From the NCBI GenBank assembly GCA_031372065.1, contig JANMKN010000008.1, forward strand, positions 1 through 64,000: a stretch of DNA of 64,000 bases, read 5' to 3'. Positions 8,969 to 18,802 of the stretch are shown in pieces; positions within the stretch are counted from its first letter, which is position 1; each line of letters starts with the position of its first letter. Origin of the DNA: Abditibacteriaceae bacterium. Its GTDB lineage: Bacteria; Armatimonadota; Abditibacteriia; Abditibacteriales; Abditibacteriaceae. The position numbers and the translations under genes are program-made. The notes under the pieces are model-generated. The model worked only from the letters and a program-made list of their open reading frames with translations. It was not told the DNA's origin and did no database searches.

Positions 8969-11116
8969 ATGTCGAAGCAAAATCTTTCTAAATTACTCGC
9001 TGACGAAGAGCCGATTGAGCGTGTGGAATTTCAATTTGAAGCGAACTTTCAGGCCACACGCCGCCAGTTCATGCAACTATTGGGCGCCGGTTTAATTATC
9101 GCGGTGGCGGATGCTGTTTCGGATGCTCCGGGACAGGCGCAACGCGGTGGCGGGCGCGGCAACGCGCCGCTGCCACTCAGCGCGCGATTACACATTGGGC
9201 AAGACGGCACGATTACCGTTTTAGCGGGCAAGGTCGAATGCGGTCAGGGCGTGCGCGCCGAACTCACACAAGCCGCCGCCGAAGAATTGCGCGTGCCTGT
9301 CGAACGCATCAAATTGATGTTGGCCGACACCGATTTAACGCCCAACGATGGCGGCACATCGGGCAGTCGCTCAACTCCGTCAACAGTGCCCGCCGTTCGT
9401 CAAGGCGCCGCCGCCGCGCGCAATTTACTCATCGAAAACGCCGCGAAAACTTGGAATGTGCCCGCTGGGGAAATCACGGTGCAGGACGGGCAGGCGATTC
9501 ACCAAGCCAGCAAGCAGGCGCTCAATTATAGCGCGCTATTTGCGGATGACAGCACGAAAATTCTCAGCGCAGCCGTGCCCGAAAATGTTTCGATTTTCGC
9601 CGTCAAAGAATGGCAAGTGCTGGGTTCCTCTGTGCCGCGCCCCAATGGGCACGATCTCGTCACGGGCGCGCATCATTTTCCGTCCGACATCACGCGGCCC
9701 GCTATGCTTTATGGCAAAGTGCTGCGCGCGCCTTCTTACGGCGCGAAGTTGGACACCCTTGATTTGAACGCCGCGCAAAATTTAAAAGACGTGCAAACCG
9801 TGCGCGACGGCGATTTCGTCGGCGTCATGGCGCTTTCCAGTTTTGCAGCGGCCAAAGCGGTTGAGGCGCTTGCCAAAACCGCACAGTGGACGGAAAACAC
9901 GGCTATTTCCAGCGCAATTGTTTACGATCATTTGCGCCAAAAAGCTGAAGGGGGAATGCCCCAAAATCCGTTTTCTGCCGATGTAAATGCCGCGCCAAAC
10001 AAGCTCAAGCAAAGTTACAACGTGGCTTATGTGCAACACGCGCCGATGGAGCCGCGTGCTGCTGTTGCGGAATGGCAAGATGGCAAATTAACTGTCTGGA
10101 CAGCCTCACAAAATCCGTTTGGTGTGCGCTCGGAACTCGCCCGTGCTTTTCGTATTGAAGAAAATCGCGTGCGCGTCATTATTCCCGATTTTGGCGGCGG
10201 TTTTGGTGGTAAACATTCCGGTGAATGCGCTATCGAAGCGGCGCGCATGGCACAAGCGGCCAAGAAGCCTGTGCATTTGCGTTGGACGCGCCAAGAAGAA
10301 TTTACTTGGGCTTATTTCCGTCCCGCAGCGGCCCTTGATGTCGAAGCCAGTTTGGATGAAAAAGGCAATATCGCAACATGGCATTTTGTGAACGTTAACT
10401 CTGGCGGTTCGGCGATTGAAACGCCTTACAAAATCGCCAAAGCGCGCAGTCAATCGGTCAATTCCGCGCCGCCTTTGCGTCATGGTTCCTATCGCGGTTT
10501 GGCCGCGACAGCCAACAATTTCGCGCGCGAATGTTTCATGGACGAACTGGCCGCGTTAGCCAATCGCGATCCGCTGGAATTTCGCCTCGCGCATTTGGAA
10601 GAAGGTCGTTTGCGCGATGTTTTACGTGAAGCAGCCCAGCAATTCGACTGGCCCAAACGCAAAGCCGACAAAACGCCAGATACTGGCATCGGTTTATGTT
10701 GCGGCACCGAAAAAGCCTCGTATGTCGCCGCCTGTGTAGAAATTACACGAAGCGAAAAAGGTTTCGCCGTGCGCGAGATTTGCATGGCCTACGAATGCGG
10801 CGCGATTCTCAATCCGACGAATTTGCTCTCGCAAGTGCAAGGCGCGATTGTCATGGCGCTTGGCCCGGCCTTGCGCGAAGAAATTCATTTTGAAAAAGGC
10901 CGCGTGACCAATGCCAGTTTTGGAAGCTATGCCGTGCCGCGCGTGGCCGATGTGCCGCTAATTAAAATCCATTTACTAAACCGGCCCGATTTGCCCTCGG
11001 TAGGCGCCGGAGAAACACCGATAATCGCTGTGGCGCCTGCCATCGCCAACGCGGTTTTCGATGCCACCGGCCAGCGCATTCGCGAAATGCCAATTCGCCT
11101 TGCGGCAAAGGCGTAA
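8969..11116 (+). CDS. Xanthine dehydrogenase-family molybdopterin-binding subunit (IorB-like), Tat-like motif
   Basis: TRRQFMQLLG Tat-like motif; GKVECGQG; HAPMEP; GGGFGGK; SQVQGAIVMALG; GAGETP. Confidence 0.92.
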   Translation: MSKQNLSKLLADEEPIERVEFQFEANFQATRRQFMQLLGAGLIIAVADAVSDAPGQAQRGGGRGNAPLPLSARLHIGQDGTITVLAGKVECGQGVRAELTQAAAEELRVPVERIKLMLADTDLTPNDGGTSGSRSTPSTVPAVRQGAAAARNLLIENAAKTWNVPAGEITVQDGQAIHQASKQALNYSALFADDSTKILSAAVPENVSIFAVKEWQVLGSSVPRPNGHDLVTGAHHFPSDITRPAMLYGKVLRAPSYGAKLDTLDLNAAQNLKDVQTVRDGDFVGVMALSSFAAAKAVEALAKTAQWTENTAISSAIVYDHLRQKAEGGMPQNPFSADVNAAPNKLKQSYNVAYVQHAPMEPRAAVAEWQDGKLTVWTASQNPFGVRSELARAFRIEENRVRVIIPDFGGGFGGKHSGECAIEAARMAQAAKKPVHLRWTRQEEFTWAYFRPAAALDVEASLDEKGNIATWHFVNVNSGGSAIETPYKIAKARSQSVNSAPPLRHGSYRGLAATANNFARECFMDELAALANRDPLEFRLAHLEEGRLRDVLREAAQQFDWPKRKADKTPDTGIGLCCGTEKASYVAACVEITRSEKGFAVREICMAYECGAILNPTNLLSQVQGAIVMALGPALREEIHFEKGRVTNASFGSYAVPRVADVPLIKIHLLNRPDLPSVGAGETPIIAVAPAIANAVFDATGQRIREMPIRLAAKA

Positions 11117-11128
11117 CGCCATTTTCTT

Positions 11129-12136
11129 ATGGCGAATTTTTCAACTGACACCGAAATTTTCCAGCATCTCGTGCGCCTGCTAAATGAAGGCCGCGCCTGC
11201 GCTTTAATCACCATTCTGCGCGCTTCCGGCTCGGTGCCGCGCGAAGCGGGCACTAATGCTATCGTGGATGCCTCCGGCGCGCTTTATGGCACTATCGGCG
11301 GCGGTTTATTGGAAGCAAAGGCGAAAACGTTAGCCTTGGAATGCCTTCAAACGCAGCGCGCCGAAGTTTTTGATTTTCAATTTTCGGGCAATAGCGCACA
11401 AGGCAATGCCCCGATTTGCGGCGGGCAACTGCGCGTTTTGGTTGATCCACATACGAAGGTTCATGCCGAAGTTTATAAGAGAGTCGTGGCCGATTTGGAA
11501 GCGCATCAGCGCGGCGTTTTATTAACGGTGTTAAGCAAAAGAACACGGCAAACCGAGGTGCGTTGGATAACCCAAACAGCAAGCGAAAACGACATGGTTC
11601 AAGCCGCCTTTAAGGCAGCGACAGCCGTTTATTTTTCGGTGCCTGATGAAGATAACGAAGGCATCGCGCAACTATTGGCGCCGACACAGCTTTTGCTGAT
11701 TGCGGGAGGCGGTCACGTCGGGCAAGCCTTGGCATGGCAGGCGCCTTTAGTGGGTTTTCGCGTCGCAGTTTTCGATGACCGCGCGGAATTTTGCGAGTCT
11801 GCACTTTATCCCGAAAATACGATTTTGCGCAGTGGCGAATTGGAAGAATTCTTCGATGAATTTCCGCTCACGCAGGACACTTTTATCGCGCTCGTCGGGC
11901 GCAATCATCAAGTGGATATGCAAGCGCTAAAACTTTGCCTGTGCGCGCCGGTTGCTTATCTCGGCATGATGGGCAGTCAGCGCAAAGTGGAACTGATGCG
12001 GCGCGAATTGAACGATGAATTATTTTATCGTCTGCATGCGCCAATCGGAATCAATATCGGCGCGCAAACCGTGCCCGAAATTGCCGCCAGCATTGTCGCA
12101 GAACTTATCGCCGTGCGGCGCGGCGCAAAAATATGA
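11129..12136 (+). CDS. XdhC/CoxI family molybdoenzyme maturation factor
   Basis: GSVPREAG, GTIGGGLLE, ICGG, GGGHVGQAL, YLGMMGSQRK, LHAPIGINIGAQTVPEIA. Confidence 0.92.
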   Translation: MANFSTDTEIFQHLVRLLNEGRACALITILRASGSVPREAGTNAIVDASGALYGTIGGGLLEAKAKTLALECLQTQRAEVFDFQFSGNSAQGNAPICGGQLRVLVDPHTKVHAEVYKRVVADLEAHQRGVLLTVLSKRTRQTEVRWITQTASENDMVQAAFKAATAVYFSVPDEDNEGIAQLLAPTQLLLIAGGGHVGQALAWQAPLVGFRVAVFDDRAEFCESALYPENTILRSGELEEFFDEFPLTQDTFIALVGRNHQVDMQALKLCLCAPVAYLGMMGSQRKVELMRRELNDELFYRLHAPIGINIGAQTVPEIAASIVAELIAVRRGAKI

Positions 12137-12717
12137 TTGCCGCGATTCTTTTGGCGGCAGGTCAATCGCGTCGTATGGGCACGCAAAAATTGCTGCTGCC
12201 CTTTGGCGGGCAAACAGTTATCGGTCATGTCGCCGATCAATTTTTGCAAAGCCGCTGCGATGAAGTTTTTATCGTCGTGAATAACAATGAAACCTTGCGC
12301 CAAGTGCTGTCGCCTATGCGCGTAACGCTCATTGAAAATTTCGATTCGCAAAGCGATATGCTCTGTTCGGTGCGCCTTGGATTGCAGGCCTTAAGCCCCA
12401 ATTGCCAAGCCGTTCTTATCATGCCGGGTGATATGCCATTGATTGAAACTTTCTGCCTCAATCAAATCATCGAAGCATTTAGTGAAGAGAAAATTATTGT
12501 TCCCGTTTACGAAGGCCACCGTGGTCATCCGTTGCTGGTGCCGCGCTGTTATTTCGGCGAAATTCTGCGTTATTTCGATGGAGTTGGATTGCGCGGCCTA
12601 ATGCAAAAACATCCGCGTGAAGTGTGCGAGTTGGCTGTAAATCATTCAGGCGTTGTGAAGGATATGGACTTGCCGCGAGATTACGAAAAAGCGTTGCTGG
12701 ACTTTCGTCCTCTTTAA
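12133..12717 (+). CDS. Molybdenum cofactor cytidylyltransferase (MocA-like nucleotidyltransferase)
   Basis: ILLAAGQSRRMGTQKLLL, PGDMP, RGHP, DMDLPRDY; ATGA overlap with the xdhC-like gene. Confidence 0.9.
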   Translation: MIAAILLAAGQSRRMGTQKLLLPFGGQTVIGHVADQFLQSRCDEVFIVVNNNETLRQVLSPMRVTLIENFDSQSDMLCSVRLGLQALSPNCQAVLIMPGDMPLIETFCLNQIIEAFSEEKIIVPVYEGHRGHPLLVPRCYFGEILRYFDGVGLRGLMQKHPREVCELAVNHSGVVKDMDLPRDYEKALLDFRPL

Positions 12718-12721
12718 CGCT

Positions 12722-13507
12722 TTATTTGGCTTTGGCTTGATCGGGTTTGTATTCCCAATGCCATTCTTCGGGTTCGTATTCAACAAAACCAAGTTCGCCC
12801 GCACGCTGCTTGAGCCAGTGCCAAAACCACGATTCTTTCCAACCATCACTCTGCGCCGTTGAAGGGCCGAGTTCACTGTTTTTTAAACGCAAAGCGAAGT
12901 CCACGGCGATGCCGCCTTGATGATTAGAAAAACCCGGCGCGGCGACGCGCACACCAATATACGCGCGCAATAAATCGGCGGCATTGCCGCCAAGCGCGCC
13001 GCCGTCACACGCGGCGCGTTCTTTGGCTGTCGCTTCGTAATACTTCTCAAAATTTCGATCCCAAATGCCGAACTGCTGCGAGGCCGGACGATAGGCGTTG
13101 TTAATACTCAGTTCCTTGACCCGTAAGGCGCGGGCACGACGCTCCTCGGTTTCTTCATCACCTTTAGGCGCCCTTAAATCGCGCGCTAAATCGGCGCGGG
13201 CCGTCGATAATAATTTGCCCAGCGCTTGCGCGGCGTCTTTGCGCATCAAGATTTTCGTTCCGGGAATCAGCGCCAATTCGTCTTTGGGCAAATCGAAAAT
13301 GCGCATACGCCCAGACTTTTCACCGCGCGCCACATGACGCCGATAAACCTCTTGCTTGAAGGCATAAACTTCGTCGCTTAACCCCGCGCGCGATAGCTTT
13401 TCCGGCGAAATGGCCGCAATCGCTTCGGGCGTGGCGCCGGAAGCGGGAATCGTTGCCCACAAAGGCAAAACGAGCAAAAGAAAACGGAAAACACGCGGGT
13501 TTTTCAT
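12722..13507 (-). CDS. Secreted D-Ala-D-Ala carboxypeptidase (VanY/M15B-like)
   Basis: Signal peptide; NAYRPASQQ, APGFSNHQGGIAVDF (SxHxxGxAxD), EEWHWEY. Confidence 0.85.
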   Translation of the reverse strand: MKNPRVFRFLLLVLPLWATIPASGATPEAIAAISPEKLSRAGLSDEVYAFKQEVYRRHVARGEKSGRMRIFDLPKDELALIPGTKILMRKDAAQALGKLLSTARADLARDLRAPKGDEETEERRARALRVKELSINNAYRPASQQFGIWDRNFEKYYEATAKERAACDGGALGGNAADLLRAYIGVRVAAPGFSNHQGGIAVDFALRLKNSELGPSTAQSDGWKESWFWHWLKQRAGELGFVEYEPEEWHWEYKPDQAKAK

Positions 13508-13528
13508 GAAATGACCTCTTCAAACAAT

Positions 13529-16500
13529 TTACGACAAGCGAAAATCTTTGACCAATACGCCGCGTTCTAAATCGAAAACCAAAAGGCGCCCGCGATTATC
13601 GAAAAGCGTGAAATGATTTTCGCCCAAGCGCACTTGAGCGTATAGCGCGCCATGCAAAGAAAAATGGGCACGTTCTTTTTGCGCCCTGCGATCTATTAAC
13701 ACGCATTGCAATCCTGATTCTTCGCTGACTAAAAACGTCCACCAGTGCGCTGTGCCCTGAAGAGTTTGAATCATAGGATAGATTGCCGGCCCGCTGAATG
13801 ATTCTACTGTGAGAGGCGGATGATTTTGTTGTGTGAACACAACAGGCTTTTCATCGCCGCCCGTTATCCGCGCCCAACTACCATCGGGCGCGACAGCGTT
13901 TGCAAAAATTTCGTGACGGATGTTGTCTTCGACAACATGGCTCCATTCGGGAATTATGGTGCGCTGACGCAAAATGAGCGAAGGCACTTCGAGTTGCCAG
14001 CGCTCCCATTTTTCGCGCAATCGAAAACCGAAATTTTCGTGAGTGATAAAGCGCGTGATAAAAGCGCAGGAATGCGGTGAGCGTTCGATGCAAGCCACTT
14101 TGCCCACTTCCGACGTGTGCCACAAAGCGCCGAATTTTGGGGCAGTTGTATCAATGGCAAAGAGGCTTCCCTCGCAGGCCAAAAACCATAGCGAACCATC
14201 GTAGCTAAAAGCGCAGGCATCAAGGCGCGTTTCACACCACGAAACGGCGCGGCGCGTAGCAAAATCCAGCTTGGCAATGCGCGTTGCTTGTCCGCGCGGC
14301 GCCAAGGCCAAAGCGCGATCACCGTTATCGGAAACGACCAAACGATAACAAGGCTGATCTAAATGCGCGATGGTGCGGCCATCACGCGCCAATAAACGCG
14401 CGCCCGCTTCGCCCAGCGCCGCAACCGTGCGGCCATCGGGCAAATACGCCGCGTCGTAAAGCGGCAGCGCGCCGGTATCGCTGGCTTCGATGACAATTTC
14501 GATTTGTTGATCGCGCTCTTTGAGCGGCTTGCCGGTTGATACAAAAAGGCGCGGCGGCACATCGGCGCGTAAAGCACCATCGCCGGAAATTTCGATTAAT
14601 TTCTGGCAAGCCGCTTTGCGCACCTCGTTGAAATTATCGCTGGCCGCATCGCGCACCAAAGCGCGCGCGGTGGCGCGGGCCAGCACTTTGGTGACAGGCG
14701 TTTGCGTGCCTTCATTTAAAACTTTCGCGAAAACCAAGCGGGAGTCGGCGCCTTGCGGTTCACTCAAGAATTCCAATACCATCTCGCGCAATTCGGGTTC
14801 GAGCGAAGTAGAAATTTGGCAGCGCCACGCCAGCATTCGCGCCCGCGCCATGCCACCTAAAAGCAAGCCGCGCTTCATCCATTCGCCGACTAAATTTCGC
14901 GCTTCGACAACCGGCCATGCGGCGCACACAGCAGCCACGAAATCGCCGCCGCGCGCTAATTCGTTGGCCCATAAAAGGCGCAATTTCTGGGCGTTGGCCT
15001 TATCGGAGTCGCTGCCTTTTTCAAGACGCACAATGGCGGCGCTAAAAGCATTTTTGCGACGCGCCACCCAAATCGCGCGCTCGGTTTCGCCCGCCACCAG
15101 CCATTGACGCACAACTAAATCGGGCGGCAAATCGCGGCTTTCGGCCAGTTCGGCGGCCAAGCGCAAGCGATTTTGCCGCTCCAAATAAGCTACGGCTTCG
15201 GCGGAAGCGTGCAGCAGTTCGGCTAAAACAAAAGCCGCTTCTTCGTGGCGCCCTTGCGCTTCCAAACGTTCAAAGGCCGCGCGATATTGCTGACGTAGTT
15301 GCTCGGCGATGCCCGGAGGCATCGGCATAATCGAGGCGCCCGTGCGCCGCCCGGTGAAAATTTCGAGTAGCGCACGCGGCATCGGCAAGCCAAAAAAAGG
15401 CGCCGCTTTGCCGGTGGTCGCGCCGCCCATCGGAATGGCGTGGCGCAGAGCGTTATCTAAATCGCCGCGCGCAAACATATCCATCAAACGCGCCACATAG
15501 CGCGCTTGAATTGGCCCGTAAATGCGCCATAATCCAGCCATCCAAATCATGCGCGCGAAAGCGTTACGCCAAGCGGCAAACGGGCCTTCAACAGGTTCGG
15601 GCGGCATCAGAGAAGTGGCCGGAGCCGCCGATTTTGGCGCGACTGTCGCGGCGGGTGCGGATGATTTCGCGGGCCGTTTTTTCCATTGCACAAAGCTGTA
15701 AACCACAGCCGCTAATAGCACCATCGCAGCGATGATTGACGGAATAATATCGCCGCGCTGCATGGCGCCGATAAGAACGCCAAGCGCCGCGCCGCCGATG
15801 AGCCAAGGCATCGGCACATCGCCCGCAAAAGTTGGCGAGGCCGTTTGCGAAGCTGCCGGTTTTGGTTTTTTGGCTTCGGTTTCAATTTGCCGCGCCACCC
15901 AAATTACAAGAGCCACCAGCAGAGCGCCGATTAACAAAACCAAAAACAGCACAAAAATCAGCGTGAGAATTTTGCCGACAAAAGCGCGCCAATCGAAGCC
16001 GCTTCCCGTTGCGAAAAATAAAAACAATACTACGACAAGCGCGCCGCCGAGCAGCCATTTCCATCGCCCATTGTTTTCGCCGAGCGCGTTTTTCTGCACG
16101 AAAATCCAAAACAAAAAACTCCACAGCGCCGCTATTATCGCATATAAAACAACACCCATAGCAAGCGCCCAAAAAATCGCTGAGACATTGATTTTTGCGG
16201 CGGGCAGCGACATCAAAAGCAGCGCGATGGAAGCGATGAAACCAATTTGAAAAAGCGCCACAACAACTGATAAAAACGATAATTTCCCAGCGACAACTTC
16301 GCTTTGTGCCACTGAATCGCTTGCTCTTGTTTTGCGCGCGGTCAGGCTTTGCCACCACGCAGCGATTTCGGCGAACAGTCGCGCGAAAAGCGGGCCTTTT
16401 GGTTCTTTTTCAGGTGCAGTGCCCTGCATTTGCGCCAGCCATTTTTCCAGTTCCGGCGCGGCTTCGACCCCTAATTTTTCGCGGGCATCGAAACATTTTT

Positions 16501-16954
16501 CTTCGACTAACAGTTGGGGCGGCGCAGGCGACTCCCCCAGCGAATGTAGCGGCACCGTTTGGAAATGACCCACGTCCAGCCATCTTGAAACATCAAGCGG
16601 TTTTAATTCCGCAAGCGAAAAAACCTGCGCCGCGCCGCCGCGCAAAATCACCAGCGATTCGCTGATAATTTCCAAAGCGCGCTGTTCTTCATCAGTCAGC
16701 GGCGCGGCTAAAAGCAAGCCTTTTTCTGCGGTTAAAACCGAGCCGGGCGCGCTTTGGCAGGCCACCCAACGTGGCGCATCCCAGCGCAAAAGATAGCCGC
16801 CCGCGACTTCATAAACTTGCGCTCCCGGCGACCAGTTTTGCAACACGCGATGGCGCGCTTTGCCTTCGCCAATCAACGCAACATCGAAAAACAAGGCCCG
16901 CGCTTCCACGGTTCCGTGATGTGTCAGGGCGCGCGGTTGAAGTTGCTTTATCAC
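13529..16954 (-). CDS. bpX6-type protein of MoxR-vWA-beta-propeller ternary system, with inserted multi-TM segment
   Basis: N-terminus PRALTHHGTVEARALFFD...ARHRVLQNWSPGAQVYEVAGGYLL resembles bpX6 proteins as recalled; MFARGDLDNALRHAIP; EEAAFVLAELL; C-terminal beta-rich region (DAAYLPDGRTVAALGEAG, LVVSDNGDRALA). Confidence 0.75.
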   Translation of the reverse strand: MIKQLQPRALTHHGTVEARALFFDVALIGEGKARHRVLQNWSPGAQVYEVAGGYLLRWDAPRWVACQSAPGSVLTAEKGLLLAAPLTDEEQRALEIISESLVILRGGAAQVFSLAELKPLDVSRWLDVGHFQTVPLHSLGESPAPPQLLVEEKCFDAREKLGVEAAPELEKWLAQMQGTAPEKEPKGPLFARLFAEIAAWWQSLTARKTRASDSVAQSEVVAGKLSFLSVVVALFQIGFIASIALLLMSLPAAKINVSAIFWALAMGVVLYAIIAALWSFLFWIFVQKNALGENNGRWKWLLGGALVVVLFLFFATGSGFDWRAFVGKILTLIFVLFLVLLIGALLVALVIWVARQIETEAKKPKPAASQTASPTFAGDVPMPWLIGGAALGVLIGAMQRGDIIPSIIAAMVLLAAVVYSFVQWKKRPAKSSAPAATVAPKSAAPATSLMPPEPVEGPFAAWRNAFARMIWMAGLWRIYGPIQARYVARLMDMFARGDLDNALRHAIPMGGATTGKAAPFFGLPMPRALLEIFTGRRTGASIMPMPPGIAEQLRQQYRAAFERLEAQGRHEEAAFVLAELLHASAEAVAYLERQNRLRLAAELAESRDLPPDLVVRQWLVAGETERAIWVARRKNAFSAAIVRLEKGSDSDKANAQKLRLLWANELARGGDFVAAVCAAWPVVEARNLVGEWMKRGLLLGGMARARMLAWRCQISTSLEPELREMVLEFLSEPQGADSRLVFAKVLNEGTQTPVTKVLARATARALVRDAASDNFNEVRKAACQKLIEISGDGALRADVPPRLFVSTGKPLKERDQQIEIVIEASDTGALPLYDAAYLPDGRTVAALGEAGARLLARDGRTIAHLDQPCYRLVVSDNGDRALALAPRGQATRIAKLDFATRRAVSWCETRLDACAFSYDGSLWFLACEGSLFAIDTTAPKFGALWHTSEVGKVACIERSPHSCAFITRFITHENFGFRLREKWERWQLEVPSLILRQRTIIPEWSHVVEDNIRHEIFANAVAPDGSWARITGGDEKPVVFTQQNHPPLTVESFSGPAIYPMIQTLQGTAHWWTFLVSEESGLQCVLIDRRAQKERAHFSLHGALYAQVRLGENHFTLFDNRGRLLVFDLERGVLVKDFRLS

Positions 16955-18771
16955 TCATCCTCCCAGCGCACGCGCAGTAAAATTTCTTCGCGTTCGAGAC
17001 AATAAACCGCAAGTTCATGCGCTGTCGCATAAGCGATGCGCGGCGCTGTCGGGCAAACCGTGACGTGCAAAATTTCTTCGCTTGCTCGCAAAACAGGGTT
17101 CCATTCCACGCGCTTATCTATGCGGCCCCAAATTGCAATAGAACGACGGTCTGTTGACAGGCAAACAAGGCCCGGCTCTTGCCATTTGCGAACGAGGTAG
17201 ATGGCGCCAATTATATGTGTCTGCGTGGGAGGATTTAATAGAATGGGGCCGTTGCGGAAGGGAATACTAAAACTCCCGTCCATCTTAGCGATAGCAGTTG
17301 ATAAAGGGTTGGCCTGAGTTGCTGAATCGCCAAAGAAAAACACCTGTTTCGCAGCTTCCAACTCGCTGCCGTCTTGAAATTTATCCGGTGGCTCAAAAGT
17401 GATAATCTTGCAGCCTTTTTCATTACTGACGGCATACAGGACATAGTGCTTGGAAGGCTGAATAATGTTTGCAACTAAAAAGGCCACAACAGAAGTTTTT
17501 TTCGCTTTGGATTCCAAGCGCAGCAAGCATTGATCTTTGGCCTGTGGCAGCCACAAAACCGGAACTACTTCGCCACCTTCGACAAAAAACAGCGGCGCTA
17601 AATGTGAAGAAAACTCAGGCGATGAATTGCGCAGCGACAAGCCCGTCCACCCATACGGGCCATAATCGAAGGGCGAAGTTTGCTTGTTGAGGCACAGTAA
17701 ATGAAAGCCATCAGTGGCTTTGGTGTAGAAGCTATCTTTGGCTTTGGTAACGACCATCACTGCTTTGCCATACATTCCCGCCGCGACCAAATTTTCAACG
17801 TCGGCGGCGTAGCGTTTGGGACGCGGCATTCCGCCTTTGGCCGACTTGGGAATTTGATAAACCACGATGCCTTCGCTGTTGCGCGCTAAGAGGCGCGAGG
17901 CATCGGCGAAGATTAAATTCGACTGGGGCGCGCACGAGGGCGAAACTTTGCGCCACTCGCGCTCGGTCATGCCCACAGCGCCAAACGGCTCGCGCAATAA
18001 GCGCGCGCATACGGCTTCTTCGGGTAACTCTAAAATGATATTTTGCGCGCTACGCTGCGCCATTTTAATTTGCACTTGCAGCGTGCGCGTTTCGATTTCG
18101 AGCGCGTCTTCGGCCATAAAAAGCGAGGCGCCGCGCGCCGCGCCGAATTGTTCTAAATCGCGCCCGCCAAGGAGCCAAAAATCATCATATTCCGTTGTCG
18201 CATTCAAGTTTTCGCGCCACTTTGCCAACGCTTCTTCACTAAGGCTTTGCACCGTGCGCGCTTGCAACCATGTTTCGATATTATGGGGCGTGATTTCATC
18301 GAAAAGAGGCCGCGTTTCTTCTTGTAAAAGGCCCCACTCGAAACGCGCTCCGGCTAAAGCGGCGCGGCGTGCCAGAACAATTAAGGCCGCTAAATGCGCC
18401 AAGCGTGGCGTGCCAAGTTGACTTGGCCCGACATCGAAAAGCGCCACGCACGAACGCGCGCGGGCCGGTTCGCGGCGTGCCAATTTCAAAAAGGCGTGTT
18501 CGCCCATCGCTGCGCGGCGCGCAAACTCTTCGGGCAGTTCATCAGCAAGCAGCCATTCGGAAACCAGCAGCCGCTCATACAAGCCGCGCCGCGACAAGCC
18601 ATCATAGCCATCGGGTTCGCCTTGCCCGGCGCGATGGCGCGCGCGCAGCGGGCCGATAGCCACATCAAGTCGCTGCACCAACGGCCCTAATTGGCGCGCC
18701 AAGTCTGTCGGAAAAATTTCGAGCAGAGCGGCCCACGGCGCGAGTGGCGGCGGCAGTTGCACAGGTGTCAT
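16951..18771 (-). CDS. vWA-like partner of the ternary MoxR system
   Basis: GEPDGYDGLSRRGLYERLLVSEW, then CVALFDVGPSQLG (degenerate MIDAS DxGxS); 4-nt overlap with the bpX6 gene. Confidence 0.7.
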   Translation of the reverse strand: MTPVQLPPPLAPWAALLEIFPTDLARQLGPLVQRLDVAIGPLRARHRAGQGEPDGYDGLSRRGLYERLLVSEWLLADELPEEFARRAAMGEHAFLKLARREPARARSCVALFDVGPSQLGTPRLAHLAALIVLARRAALAGARFEWGLLQEETRPLFDEITPHNIETWLQARTVQSLSEEALAKWRENLNATTEYDDFWLLGGRDLEQFGAARGASLFMAEDALEIETRTLQVQIKMAQRSAQNIILELPEEAVCARLLREPFGAVGMTEREWRKVSPSCAPQSNLIFADASRLLARNSEGIVVYQIPKSAKGGMPRPKRYAADVENLVAAGMYGKAVMVVTKAKDSFYTKATDGFHLLCLNKQTSPFDYGPYGWTGLSLRNSSPEFSSHLAPLFFVEGGEVVPVLWLPQAKDQCLLRLESKAKKTSVVAFLVANIIQPSKHYVLYAVSNEKGCKIITFEPPDKFQDGSELEAAKQVFFFGDSATQANPLSTAIAKMDGSFSIPFRNGPILLNPPTQTHIIGAIYLVRKWQEPGLVCLSTDRRSIAIWGRIDKRVEWNPVLRASEEILHVTVCPTAPRIAYATAHELAVYCLEREEILLRVRWEDE

Positions 18772-18778
18772 GGATTTA

Positions 18779-18802
18779 AGGACACACGCCGTGTGTCCCT
18801 AC
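18779..18802 (-). repeat. GTAG-type REP-like hairpin
   Basis: Minus strand GTAG-GGACACAC-GGC-GTGTGTCC-T; its TAG is the stop codon of the upstream gene. Confidence 0.6.

Noticed and set aside
8496..12717. Molybdo-oxidoreductase lacking an FAD subunit
   Set aside because: Two-subunit IorAB-type enzymes with XdhC and MocA partners are a well-known arrangement.
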